From Propionibacteriales bacterium (GTDB lineage: Bacteria > Actinomycetota > Actinomycetes > Propionibacteriales > Nocardioidaceae), in NCBI GenBank assembly GCA_038199935.1, contig JBBPYL010000121.1, positions 22 to 64,021 of the forward strand: a stretch of 64,000 nt of DNA. The letters are read 5' to 3'. The notes under the pieces are model-generated. The model was given only the letters and a program-made list of their open reading frames with translations. It searched no databases and was not told the DNA's origin. Every line of letters starts with the position of its first letter. Position 1 is the first letter of the stretch. Positions 40,476 through 49,497 of this stretch are shown piece after piece. Both the position numbers and the translations under genes were made by a program.

Positions 40476-42097
40476 CAGGCCTCCCGCGCGGCTCGGTCGC
40501 GCAAGATCCGCTGTGCCGCGAAGCGGCCGGGTGACCCGATCACGCAGCCGCCTGGGTGGGTGCCGGACCCGCACTGATAGTACCCCTCGACCGGGGTGGC
40601 GTAGTTGGCCCAGCCCGGCGCGGGGCGGAAGACGTACATCTGCGGGGCCAGGAACTCGCCAGCGAAGATGTTGCCCTCGCTGAGCCCGGTCCGCTCTTCG
40701 ATGTCCTTGGGCGTGACCACCTCGCGGTGCAGGACAAGGCCCCCGAAGCCGGGGAAGTGCTCCTCGAGCACGGCCTGCGCGGTGTCGCCGAACCGCTCCC
40801 GCTCGGTGTCCCAGTCGCTGCCGCGCAGCTCGTAGGGGGCGTACTGCACGAAGCACGACATGACGTGCTTGCCGGGCGGCGCCATGTCCGGGTCGACCAC
40901 CGACTGGATCGCCGCGTCGATGAAGGGCCGCTCGGAGTACCACCCGTACTTGGCGGCGTCGAAGGCCCGTTCGACGTACTCGATGGTCGGACCGATGTTG
41001 AGGAAGCCGCCGAAGTGGTCGACCGTGTCGGGCAGCGCGGGGAAGCTCGGCAGCCCGTCGAGCGCGAAGTTCACCTTGGCCGAGACCCCGCGGAACTTCA
41101 TCCGGTCCACGGCGTCGATCAGGTCGCCGGGCAGGTCACGGGGGTCGAGCAGCTCGGTGAACGTGCGGCGGGGGTCGAGGGCCGAGACGACGGTGGGAGC
41201 CGAGAGCTCGGTGCCGTCCTCGAGGACCACCCCGGTCGCCCGGCCGTCGTGGGTCAGGACCCCGCTCACCGGGGAGTCCAGACGGACGTCGGCACCGAAG
41301 GACTGCGCGGCCCGGGCGAGCACCTGGGTGAACCCCCCGTTGCCGCCCTTGTGGAAGGCCCACGAGCCGAGGTGGCCGTCGTGCTCGCCGAGCTTGTGGA
41401 AGAGCAGCACCAGCCCCGACCCCGGCGACATCGGGCCGAGCTTGGAGCCGATGATGCTCGAGGAGGCGTGGTAGCCCTTCACCGCCTCGTGCTCGAAGTA
41501 GTCCCCGAGGAAGTCCGCGGCGCTGCCGGTCAGCAGCCGGACCACGTCGTGCATCACCCGGCGCTCGACGCCCCCCAGATGCTTCAGCAGCCAGGCCACG
41601 TCCGCCTGGTCCTCGGCGTCGGAGCCGAAGATCTGGGGCGGTGCGGCGTCGAAGAGCGGTCGGACCGCGCGACGAACCAGGTCGAGGTCGTGGTCGTAGC
41701 GCTCGTAGGCGTCCGCGTCGTGCGGGCTGTGCCGCCGGATCTCCTGCACGTTCTGCGCGTGGTCGTCACCGAGGAGCAGGTAGTCGCCGTCACCGGTGGG
41801 GTGGAACCCCGAGGGCATCATCAGCGGCAGGAAGCCGTGCCGGACCAGGTCGAGCTCGTGGATGATCTCGGGGCGCAGCAGGCTCAGCGCGTAGGAGAAC
41901 GTCGTGAACGAGAAGCCGGGAACGATCTCCTCGGTGATCGCCGCACCGCCGACGAGGGAGGCCCGCTCGAGGACGAGGGTGCGCAGGCCGGCGCGGGCGA
42001 GGTACGCCGCGTTGACCAGACCGTTGTGGCCGCCACCGACGACGATCACGTCGTAGGACGTGCTGGCCGTGCTGTCGCGGGGGTCGGCGGAGGTCAT
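40475..42097 (-). CDS. FAD-dependent oxidoreductase, phytoene dehydrogenase-like (PYROXD2-type)
   Basis: GGGHNGLV-AAYLA, GGAAITEE, TP-DIE---GL-EGNIF, CGSGTHPGG. Confidence 0.9.
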   Translation of the reverse strand: MTSADPRDSTASTSYDVIVVGGGHNGLVNAAYLARAGLRTLVLERASLVGGAAITEEIVPGFSFTTFSYALSLLRPEIIHELDLVRHGFLPLMMPSGFHPTGDGDYLLLGDDHAQNVQEIRRHSPHDADAYERYDHDLDLVRRAVRPLFDAAPPQIFGSDAEDQADVAWLLKHLGGVERRVMHDVVRLLTGSAADFLGDYFEHEAVKGYHASSSIIGSKLGPMSPGSGLVLLFHKLGEHDGHLGSWAFHKGGNGGFTQVLARAAQSFGADVRLDSPVSGVLTHDGRATGVVLEDGTELSAPTVVSALDPRRTFTELLDPRDLPGDLIDAVDRMKFRGVSAKVNFALDGLPSFPALPDTVDHFGGFLNIGPTIEYVERAFDAAKYGWYSERPFIDAAIQSVVDPDMAPPGKHVMSCFVQYAPYELRGSDWDTERERFGDTAQAVLEEHFPGFGGLVLHREVVTPKDIEERTGLSEGNIFAGEFLAPQMYVFRPAPGWANYATPVEGYYQCGSGTHPGGCVIGSPGRFAAQRILRDRAAREA

Positions 42098-43323
42098 GGT
42101 CGAGCCACCTTCCGGGGGGAATTGAAGAAGGGTGTGCGGGTGGTCGTCGCGCCCACCGTGGTGGTGCGGTGTTCCAGGGAGATCTCGAGGCGGAGGGCCG
42201 TGCCGGGGGCGGCCAGGCCGGGCTCGACCCGGGCGATCCCGACGTGTCGCTGGAGGACCGGCGAGTAGCACAGGCTGGTCACGTACCCGACCGGGTCGCC
42301 GGTCGGGCGCACGCCCTCGGGGGCGTGCAGCACCGACTCGTACGGCACCCGACGCTCGTTCTTGGCTGGGAAGAGGCCCGCCTCGCGGTGCAGGCTGTCC
42401 CACCCGAGCCAGTCCACGACCACCCCGGTGGTGGCCCACCTCGACGTGGCGTCACGCGGCTCGCCGCGCACCGCCTCCGAGCCGACGAAGCGCCGGTCGT
42501 CCTCGGCCAGCCCGCGCAGCATCCAGCCCAGCCCGAGCTCCCGCGGGGTGACGCAGTCGGCCTCGCTCAGGGCGAGCCGGCCGTTGTGCCACTCGACGTC
42601 GACCAGCGGCAGGCCGGCCTCGATCCGCAGGGTGTCCATCGCCTCCTCGCCGTACGGGCGCAGGGCGTGGGGACGGCCCGCGGCGAGCACCGCGTCCAGG
42701 ACGTCGAGGGCGGAGGTGGCCGGGACGACGAGCTCGAAGCCCAGGTCGCCGGTGAAGCCGGTCCGGGAGACGGTGACCTCGGCGCCGGCGATGGTGGCCC
42801 GGCGGTGGGTGAAGAAGGCCAACGAGGTGACCTCGTCCGCGATCCCGGTCAGGCCGGCCAGCACCGCACGGCTGCGCGGGCCCTGGAGTGCGAGTATCCC
42901 GTACTCGTCCGAGACGTCCTCGACCTCGGCCTGCAGCCGTCCGCGGTGGTCGAGCAACCACCCCATCGTCGGCCGGGCGGTGGTGAGCCACAGCTCGTCG
43001 GGCGAGTGGCGCAGCACCACCCCGTCGTCCATCACGTAGCCGCGTTCGTCGCACCAGGCGGTGTACTGCGCCTCCCCGGGCGCGCAGGCCCGGACGTCGC
43101 GGACCAGGACCCGCGAGAGCAGCCGCTCGGCGTCGGGACCGCGCACGACGTACTTGAACAACGGCGAGGTGTCGAAGAGGCCGACGGCGTTGCGCACGGC
43201 GAAGTACTCGTGCTTGGGCGCGTGGGTGTAGCGCAGCGGGGAGAGGTAGCCCTGCCAGTGCGTGAAGAGGCCTTGGTCGTTCCACGCGCTGAGCCGCTCG
43301 TGGAACGGCGTGGTGCGAATCAT
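42094..43323 (-). CDS. Aminomethyltransferase (GcvT-like, THF-binding) protein
   Basis: EY-AVRN-VGLFD-S, DDG, ALQGP-S, SRTGFTGDLGFE, RIEAGL, VTS--YSP. Confidence 0.92.
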   Translation of the reverse strand: MIRTTPFHERLSAWNDQGLFTHWQGYLSPLRYTHAPKHEYFAVRNAVGLFDTSPLFKYVVRGPDAERLLSRVLVRDVRACAPGEAQYTAWCDERGYVMDDGVVLRHSPDELWLTTARPTMGWLLDHRGRLQAEVEDVSDEYGILALQGPRSRAVLAGLTGIADEVTSLAFFTHRRATIAGAEVTVSRTGFTGDLGFELVVPATSALDVLDAVLAAGRPHALRPYGEEAMDTLRIEAGLPLVDVEWHNGRLALSEADCVTPRELGLGWMLRGLAEDDRRFVGSEAVRGEPRDATSRWATTGVVVDWLGWDSLHREAGLFPAKNERRVPYESVLHAPEGVRPTGDPVGYVTSLCYSPVLQRHVGIARVEPGLAAPGTALRLEISLEHRTTTVGATTTRTPFFNSPRKVARP

Positions 43324-43334
43324 CGTCGGCTCCT

Positions 43335-43353
43335 TACTGACTCACGAGTCAGC
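43335..43353 (-). promoter_or_regulatory. Candidate operator 1 (GCTGACTCGTGAGTCAGTA on the minus strand)
   Basis: Lies between the -10-like CAGGAT and the RBS AGGAG of the GcvT-like operon; identical to 51555-51573. Confidence 0.85.
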
Positions 43354-43367
43354 CCATCCTGACTCCT

Positions 43368-45533
43368 TCAGGCCTCGCGCGCCAGTCCCCAGCGGTCCAG
43401 GAGCCACGCGTGGACCTCGGCCTCGTAGGCCAGGTGCGCCACCCGCCCCGAGGGGCCGGCGTGGGCCCCGGCGCCGGTCTCGCAGCGGAACAGGCAGCGG
43501 GCGGCCCAGGCCGGATCGGTCTCCCGCAGCCGCGCCACCCACTTGGCCGGCTCCCAGACCATCACCCGGGGGTCGTGCAGGGCGCCGGTGACGAGCAGGT
43601 CGGGGCGGCCTCCCGGCGGTGGGGGATTCTCGTAGGGCGAGTAGGCCATCAGCCAGCCGAACTGCTCGGGGTCCCGGGGGTCCCCCCACTCCTCCCACTC
43701 GTTGACGGTCAGCGGGATCGAGGGGTCGAACATCGTGGACACCACGTCGACGAAGGGCACCTCGGCGACCACAGCGCACCAGCGGTCGGGCCGCTGGCTG
43801 AACACCGCGCCCTGGAGCAGGCCCCCGGCGCTCAGGCCGCGGGACGCCAGTCGGTCCGGGTCGACCAGGGCGCCGGCCGCGAGGCCGTCGGCGACTGCGA
43901 GGTGGTCGTCGAAGGTGTGCTGCTTGGCGGCCATCCGGCCCTCCAGCCACCAGCGGCGTCCACCCTCCCCGCCACCACGGATGTGGGCGTGGACGTAGAC
44001 CACGCCCCGGTCGAGCAGGCTGGGCAGCGCCGCCTCCCACTCGGCCTCGAAGACGTACTCGTAGGCGCCGTAGCCGTAAATCAGGCAGGGAGCGGTGCCG
44101 TCCAGCGGCGTCTGGCGGCTCCGGACCACGGTGGCGCCCACCGACGTGCCGTCGGGAGCGGCGAAGGTGTGCCGCTCGGCCACGTAGCCCGCCGGATCGT
44201 GACCGGGCGCCTCGGCGCGGCGCCGTTCCACCCGCACCCCGGTGTTCAGGTCGACCTCGGTCCAGACCGGCGGCTCGATCAGGGACTGGTCGCACACGAC
44301 GACCACGGGGGACTCATAGACCTCGTTCGCGGCGAGGTCCAGGGTGCCGGTGGGGAACGCCGGAGCGATCGTCCAGCCCGGGTCACCGAGATCGTCGGCG
44401 GGCAGCACGAGCAGCCGGCGCTCGCCCTCGGTGCGGACCCGCAGGACGACGTGGTCGGCGAAGGCCTCGGCCCGCTCGATCCGCACGGCCGGGTCCTCGG
44501 GGCGGGCGTCGACCCAGCTGGTGTGGTCCTGGTCGGCGTCCCGGGGGACCGGTGCGGTGGTGAGCCGGAACTCCTCGGCCCCGTCGTTGGTGACCACGAC
44601 CAGCGTGCCCGCCTCGCCCGCCTCGCCGGCCTGGGCTCCGGTGCTGCCGACGAGCAGGTGCTCGGCGTGGTACTCCACGCCGGCGCGCCGACCCCCCACC
44701 GAGCGGGGCGGGGCCAGAGCGTCGTCGGTGGGCAGGACCCAGGTCTCGCGGGTGTCCCGGGACTCGGCCCAGATCACCACCAGTGCACCGGACCGGGTCG
44801 CGCGTACGCCCAGCTCGAACCGTTCGTCGGTCTCGACCAGCACCACCACGTCGTGGGAGACCGGCGTACCCAGCCGGTGCCGGCGTATCTCGCAGGGCCG
44901 GTACGCCGCGTCGTGGACGGTGTAGAAGAAGTGCAGGTCGCCCTGACGGTCGTGGGCCCAGGCGCCGCCGTAGTAGCTGCGGGGTACGACCTCGTCCAGG
45001 TCGCGGCCGGTCTCGAGGTCACGGAAGCGCAGCCGGTAGACCTCGTCCCCGGTGAGGTCCACCGACCAGGCGAGGTAGCGGTCGTCGGGGCTCACCGCGG
45101 TCAGTCCGAGCTCGGCGTAGGCCGATCCGGCGGCCTCCTGCTCGAGGTCGAGCAGCACGGATTCGGTAGCCGACGCCCCCTCCGACGACTGATTCCGATG
45201 CTCCGGGGGGTGGAGATCGCGCACCAGTTGTGTGTGCTCCCTTCCCGTAGGGACCCGGCTGTAGTAGGAAAAGGACCCATGGCGCCAGCTGACTGACCAG
45301 TCAGCAGGTGGGGTTCGGGCGGTCATCTCGGCGTGGAGCCCGCGAACGAGGTGGTGGAGATGAGCGGTGGCGCTGTCGTACCAGGAGCGTTCGGCCCCGA
45401 GGTGCCCGACGACACGGTCGCTATCGACCTCGCGCAGCCAGTGGTAGGGATCGGGGCGCTCCACCCCGTGCTCGGTGTGCGAGAACGGCTGCGTCGTGGC
45501 GACCGGCGGTCCGGACGGGGTGGGAAGGGCCAT
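43368..45533 (-). CDS. ptrB: S9A oligopeptidase B (protease II)
   Basis: DPYHWLR, beta-propeller region, YGYGAY, RGGGE-G, GLSAGG (Ser), HDPRV (Asp), GAH (His); TACGGT 7 nt before the ATG. Confidence 0.88.
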   Translation of the reverse strand: MALPTPSGPPVATTQPFSHTEHGVERPDPYHWLREVDSDRVVGHLGAERSWYDSATAHLHHLVRGLHAEMTARTPPADWSVSWRHGSFSYYSRVPTGREHTQLVRDLHPPEHRNQSSEGASATESVLLDLEQEAAGSAYAELGLTAVSPDDRYLAWSVDLTGDEVYRLRFRDLETGRDLDEVVPRSYYGGAWAHDRQGDLHFFYTVHDAAYRPCEIRRHRLGTPVSHDVVVLVETDERFELGVRATRSGALVVIWAESRDTRETWVLPTDDALAPPRSVGGRRAGVEYHAEHLLVGSTGAQAGEAGEAGTLVVVTNDGAEEFRLTTAPVPRDADQDHTSWVDARPEDPAVRIERAEAFADHVVLRVRTEGERRLLVLPADDLGDPGWTIAPAFPTGTLDLAANEVYESPVVVVCDQSLIEPPVWTEVDLNTGVRVERRRAEAPGHDPAGYVAERHTFAAPDGTSVGATVVRSRQTPLDGTAPCLIYGYGAYEYVFEAEWEAALPSLLDRGVVYVHAHIRGGGEGGRRWWLEGRMAAKQHTFDDHLAVADGLAAGALVDPDRLASRGLSAGGLLQGAVFSQRPDRWCAVVAEVPFVDVVSTMFDPSIPLTVNEWEEWGDPRDPEQFGWLMAYSPYENPPPPGGRPDLLVTGALHDPRVMVWEPAKWVARLRETDPAWAARCLFRCETGAGAHAGPSGRVAHLAYEAEVHAWLLDRWGLAREA
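45288..45305. promoter_or_regulatory. Candidate operator 2 (GCTGACTGACCAGTCAGC), inside ptrB and upstream of the ABC operon
   Basis: Matches CTGACT-N4-AGTCAG. Confidence 0.65.
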
Positions 45534-45551
45534 GCCGGGCACCGTAGACCC

Positions 45552-47441
45552 GTGCGGGTTGCGGCGGCCACCGCCCTGACCGCGCTGCTGGTCCCGGTTC
45601 TGGCCCTGGGCGCGGGCACCGACCTGGGCCTCCCAGCGGCCGTGGCGGCCGAGAGCGACAAGGTCACCTTCACCGTGGGCCTGACCAACGAAGCGGACTC
45701 CTTCAACCCCTTCGGCGGCATCGAGGCTCCGGCCTTCGAGGCGTGGGGCCTGATGTATGACCAGCTGATCAGCTACGACATGAAGGACATGTCCCCCAAG
45801 CCGGGGCTGGCCGACTCGTGGGAGACCTCCGACGACGGTCTGACCTGGACCTTCGACCTGCACCCGGGGGTGATGTGGTCCGACGGCGAGCCGCTGACTG
45901 CACGCGACGTGGCCAGCACCTTCAACCGCATCGCTGACGGCGGATATGAGGCCAACACCTGGGGGTCCTACCTGACCTCGGTGAAAACCGTCGAGGCCGT
46001 CGACGACGTCACCGTCAAGATGCTCCTGAAGAAGCCGAACGCCGTCCTCCCGCTGTTGCCGATCCCGATTCTTCCCGAGCACATCTGGGGCGACATCGAC
46101 GACAAGGAGGTGAAGACCTACCCCAACGAGCCGAGCGACTCCCAGCCCGTCGTCGGGTCGGGGGCCTTCCGCTTCGTGGAGGGCACGGCCGGCGGCTCGA
46201 TCTACCGCTTCGAGGCCAACCCGGACTACTGGAAGGGTGCGCCACACATCGACGAGGTCGTCTTCCGCGTCTTCAAGAACGACGACTCGGCCGCGCAGGC
46301 GCTGACCAAGGGCGAGATCGACCTGGTCTACAACATCAACGCGCTCCAGGTGAAGGCCCTCGAGGGCCAGGACGGCATCACCGCCCACAACGGCGTGTCG
46401 CCCGGCTTCTCCGAGATCGCCTTCAACGTGGGCGCCACCGACACCGAGACCGGCGAGCCCCTCGGCGACGGCAACCCGGTGCTGCAGGACCCGGCCTTCC
46501 GGCACGCACTGGGCTACGCGGTCGACCTTGACCAGATCGTGGCCAAGGCCTTCCAGGGGGCGGCCGAACCGGGCGACACCATCGTCCCCTCGACGTACTC
46601 GAACTGGAAGTGGGACCCGCCGGCCGACCAGGCCTTCACCTTCGACCTCGACAAGGCCGGCCAGCTGCTCGACGAGGCGGGCTACTCCCTCGGCTCCGAC
46701 GGTCGGCGGACGATGCCCGACGGCTCGCCGATCGGCACGCTGCGGCTGATGGCCCGCTCGGAGAGCAAGTCCTCGCTGACCACGATGCAGTTCTTCGCCG
46801 AGTGGCTCGATCAGATCGGCATCGACTCGCAGGTCACCTCGGTCGAGAGCGGCAAGCTCACCGGCCTGATCATCGACGGCGAGTACGACGCCTTCGAGTG
46901 GGGCTGGTACGTCGAGCCCGACCCCGACTCGATGCTGAGCTACCTGACCTGCGGACAGCTCGGCAACTGGAACGACGCCTGGTGGTGCGACAAGGAGTAC
47001 GACGCGCTCTACCAGGAGCAGAACAGCGCCCTGAGCGTGGAGGACCGCTACACCCCGGTCAAGCGGATGCAGGAGATCTTCTTCGAGCAGTCGCCCTACC
47101 TGGTCACGGTCTACGAGAGCATCGGGGAGGCCGTGCGTAGCGACCGGTGGGCCTGCCTGCAGGAGCAGCCCGACCCGGGCGGGACCTGGGTCGTGCAGTA
47201 CGGCATCACCAGCTACCTCCAGGTCCGCCCGATCGAGGACGCCGGGGACTGCGACGGGGTGACCACCGCGCTCAACGCCGGAGCGGCGGCGGGATCCGGT
47301 GACCAGGCGACTGCCGCGGGAGCCTCGGACGACTCCGGCAGCATGCCGTTGGTGCTCGGTGGCGTCGTTTTGGCCGTCCTGGTGATCGGCGCTGGCGTGG
47401 TGCTGACCCGCCGCCGGGCCACGGCGAGCGACCGGGAATGA
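45552..47441 (+). CDS. Family 5 ABC substrate-binding protein (OppA/DppA-like) with C-terminal membrane anchor
   Basis: LADSWE-S-DGLTWTF-L--GV-WSDGEP, GSG-F, FRHAL; signal peptide ending AVAA-E; C-terminal TM plus RRR. Start uncertain (ORF open from 45333). Confidence 0.9.
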   Translation: MRVAAATALTALLVPVLALGAGTDLGLPAAVAAESDKVTFTVGLTNEADSFNPFGGIEAPAFEAWGLMYDQLISYDMKDMSPKPGLADSWETSDDGLTWTFDLHPGVMWSDGEPLTARDVASTFNRIADGGYEANTWGSYLTSVKTVEAVDDVTVKMLLKKPNAVLPLLPIPILPEHIWGDIDDKEVKTYPNEPSDSQPVVGSGAFRFVEGTAGGSIYRFEANPDYWKGAPHIDEVVFRVFKNDDSAAQALTKGEIDLVYNINALQVKALEGQDGITAHNGVSPGFSEIAFNVGATDTETGEPLGDGNPVLQDPAFRHALGYAVDLDQIVAKAFQGAAEPGDTIVPSTYSNWKWDPPADQAFTFDLDKAGQLLDEAGYSLGSDGRRTMPDGSPIGTLRLMARSESKSSLTTMQFFAEWLDQIGIDSQVTSVESGKLTGLIIDGEYDAFEWGWYVEPDPDSMLSYLTCGQLGNWNDAWWCDKEYDALYQEQNSALSVEDRYTPVKRMQEIFFEQSPYLVTVYESIGEAVRSDRWACLQEQPDPGGTWVVQYGITSYLQVRPIEDAGDCDGVTTALNAGAAAGSGDQATAAGASDDSGSMPLVLGGVVLAVLVIGAGVVLTRRRATASDRE

Positions 47442-48553
47442 CCACCCTGGCCACGCCGCCCGGCGGGGCGGCCGAGGGGGCAGGAGGAGGCGACGGCGAG
47501 CCCGACGACCCGGGTGAGGACGGGGATGCGGCCGGTTCCCCGTCCAGTGCCGGCGGCGGGCGCAGTGGCTACGGTGGCTACGGCCGGTTCGTCGGCGGCA
47601 AGGTCCTCGGTTCGCTGGGCAGCCTGCTCTTCGTCCTGGTGGTCAACTTCTTCCTCTTCCGGGTGCTTCCCGGCGACCCGGCACGCACCCTGGGCCGCGG
47701 CCGCTTCCGCACCGAGGAGCAGCTCAACGCCTTCCGGTCGCAGTACGGCCTGGACCAGCCACTGTTCACCCAGTTCTTCACCTACCTGAAGAACACCGCC
47801 CAGGGCGACCTCGGGGTCTCCCTGCGGTACCGGGTGCCGGTCAGCGACCTCATCCTGGACCGGCTGGGGACGACCCTGCTGATCGTGGGCACGTCGACGG
47901 TGCTGGCCACCACCCTCGGGGTCTACCTCGGCGTGGTCTCGGCCTGGAACCGGCGCAGCCTGGTGGACCGGGCCACCACCTCGAGCACCCTGACCCTGTA
48001 CTCGATGCCGGAGTGGTGGCTGGGCCTGATCTTCATCGCCACGGTCGGGGTCGGGATGGGCTTCTTCCCCGGCGTCTTCCCGACCGGGGGCCTGCACTCC
48101 ACCGACGTGGCGCCCGGGTTCGTGAACGGGGTCCTGGACACCGCCTGGCACCTGGTTCTCCCGGTGCTCACCTTGACCCTGGCCTACCTCGCCGAGTACG
48201 CGCTGGTGATGCGCTCCTCGCTGCTCGACGAGATGGGGGAGGACTACCTGGTGACCGCGCGGGCCAAGGGTCTGCGCGACGTCGACGTACGCCGTCGGCA
48301 CGCAGTGCGCAACGCCATCCTGCCCACCACGACCCTGGCCGCGATCAACATCGGCTTCGTGGTCTCCGGGGCGATCACCGTCGAGTACGTCTTCTCCGTG
48401 CCCGGTCTGGGCCTGCTCGCCCAGGAGGCGCTGTCGATCCCCGACTACTGGGTCCTCCAGGGCACGTTCCTGGTCGCCTCGGCCGCGGTCATCGTGGCCA
48501 ACCTGGCGACCAACCTGCTCTACGGGGCACTCGACCCACGGGTGCGCACGTGA
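47438..48553 (+). CDS. Peptide/nickel ABC permease (OppB/DppB-like)
   Basis: PGDPA, GLDQP, GDLG-S, TARAKGL (EAA loop), LDPRVR. Confidence 0.93.
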   Translation: MTTLATPPGGAAEGAGGGDGEPDDPGEDGDAAGSPSSAGGGRSGYGGYGRFVGGKVLGSLGSLLFVLVVNFFLFRVLPGDPARTLGRGRFRTEEQLNAFRSQYGLDQPLFTQFFTYLKNTAQGDLGVSLRYRVPVSDLILDRLGTTLLIVGTSTVLATTLGVYLGVVSAWNRRSLVDRATTSSTLTLYSMPEWWLGLIFIATVGVGMGFFPGVFPTGGLHSTDVAPGFVNGVLDTAWHLVLPVLTLTLAYLAEYALVMRSSLLDEMGEDYLVTARAKGLRDVDVRRRHAVRNAILPTTTLAAINIGFVVSGAITVEYVFSVPGLGLLAQEALSIPDYWVLQGTFLVASAAVIVANLATNLLYGALDPRVRT

Positions 48554-49497
48554 GCGCGCCCGCGAGCAGTCCCGAGACCGCGGGTTCCGACGCCGCGGGG
48601 CCTGTGCTCACCGCCCGGCAGATCGTCCACCGCCGACGACTCGACGGGCTGGGCCGGGGGTGGCGCGAGTTCCGCGGCAACACGCCTGGGGTGCTCGGAC
48701 TGGTCGTGCTCAGCGTCTTCGCCCTGATCGCCGTGTTCGCCCCGCTGCTGGCCGACCCCGAGGGGCTCAAGGTCACCCAGGCCCCGGGCGGTGTGCTCGA
48801 GGCCCCGTCGTCGCAGTTCTGGCTCGGCACTGACGAGAACGGCCGCTCGGTGGTCACGCTGCTGATCTTCGGGTCGCGGATCTCCCTGTTTGTCGGGTTG
48901 CTGGCCACCACGATCTCCATCGTCATCGGCACCCTGGTCGGGCTCACGTCCGGCTTCTTCGAGGGCTGGCCGGCCCGGGTGCTCTTCCGGATGACCGAGT
49001 GGTTCCTGGTCGTGCCCTTCCTGCCGCTCGCCCTGGTGCTGGCCACGGTGCTGGGCCGGTCGCTGTGGAACATCTCGCTGGTCATCGGCATCACCAGCTG
49101 GTCGGGCACCGCCCTGCTCATCCGCAGCCAGACCCTGTCCATCAAGGAGCGGCCCTACCTCGAGCGGGCCCGCGCGCTGGGGGCGGGGCGGTGGCACCAG
49201 ATGACCCGGCACGTGCTGCCCAACGTGATGCCGATGGTCTTCGCGAACACCACGCTGATGGTGGCCGTGGCCATCCTGGCCGAGACCACGTTGAGCTTCC
49301 TCGGCCTCGGCGACCCGACCCGGGTGTCCTGGGGGTCGATGCTCGACGGCGCCTTCTCGGTGGGGGCGATGACCACCCGGTCGTGGTGGTACATCATCCC
49401 CCCGGGCGTTTGCGTGGTGTTCGTCGTGCTGTCCTTCACGTTGATCGGCCAGGCCCTGGAGGAGATCGTGAACCCACGTCTGCGGACCCGCCGATGA
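48550..49497 (+). CDS. Peptide/nickel ABC permease (OppC/DppC-like)
   Basis: LGTDENGR, GSRISL, ARALGA, HVLPN, LSFLGLG, SWG-ML. Confidence 0.93.
   Translation: MSAPASSPETAGSDAAGPVLTARQIVHRRRLDGLGRGWREFRGNTPGVLGLVVLSVFALIAVFAPLLADPEGLKVTQAPGGVLEAPSSQFWLGTDENGRSVVTLLIFGSRISLFVGLLATTISIVIGTLVGLTSGFFEGWPARVLFRMTEWFLVVPFLPLALVLATVLGRSLWNISLVIGITSWSGTALLIRSQTLSIKERPYLERARALGAGRWHQMTRHVLPNVMPMVFANTTLMVAVAILAETTLSFLGLGDPTRVSWGSMLDGAFSVGAMTTRSWWYIIPPGVCVVFVVLSFTLIGQALEEIVNPRLRTRR

Noticed and set aside
40475-42097. Carotenoid biosynthesis (crtI) assignment
   Set aside because: No crtB/crtE nearby; the context points to amine catabolism.
42094-43323. True glycine cleavage T protein (gcvT)
   Set aside because: No gcvH/gcvP nearby and it is coupled to a flavoprotein, so it is called GcvT-like only.
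45534-46505. N-terminal extension making ptrB a 1045-aa ORF
   Set aside because: It is the antisense of the SBP gene; S9A similarity begins at the ATG at 45533.
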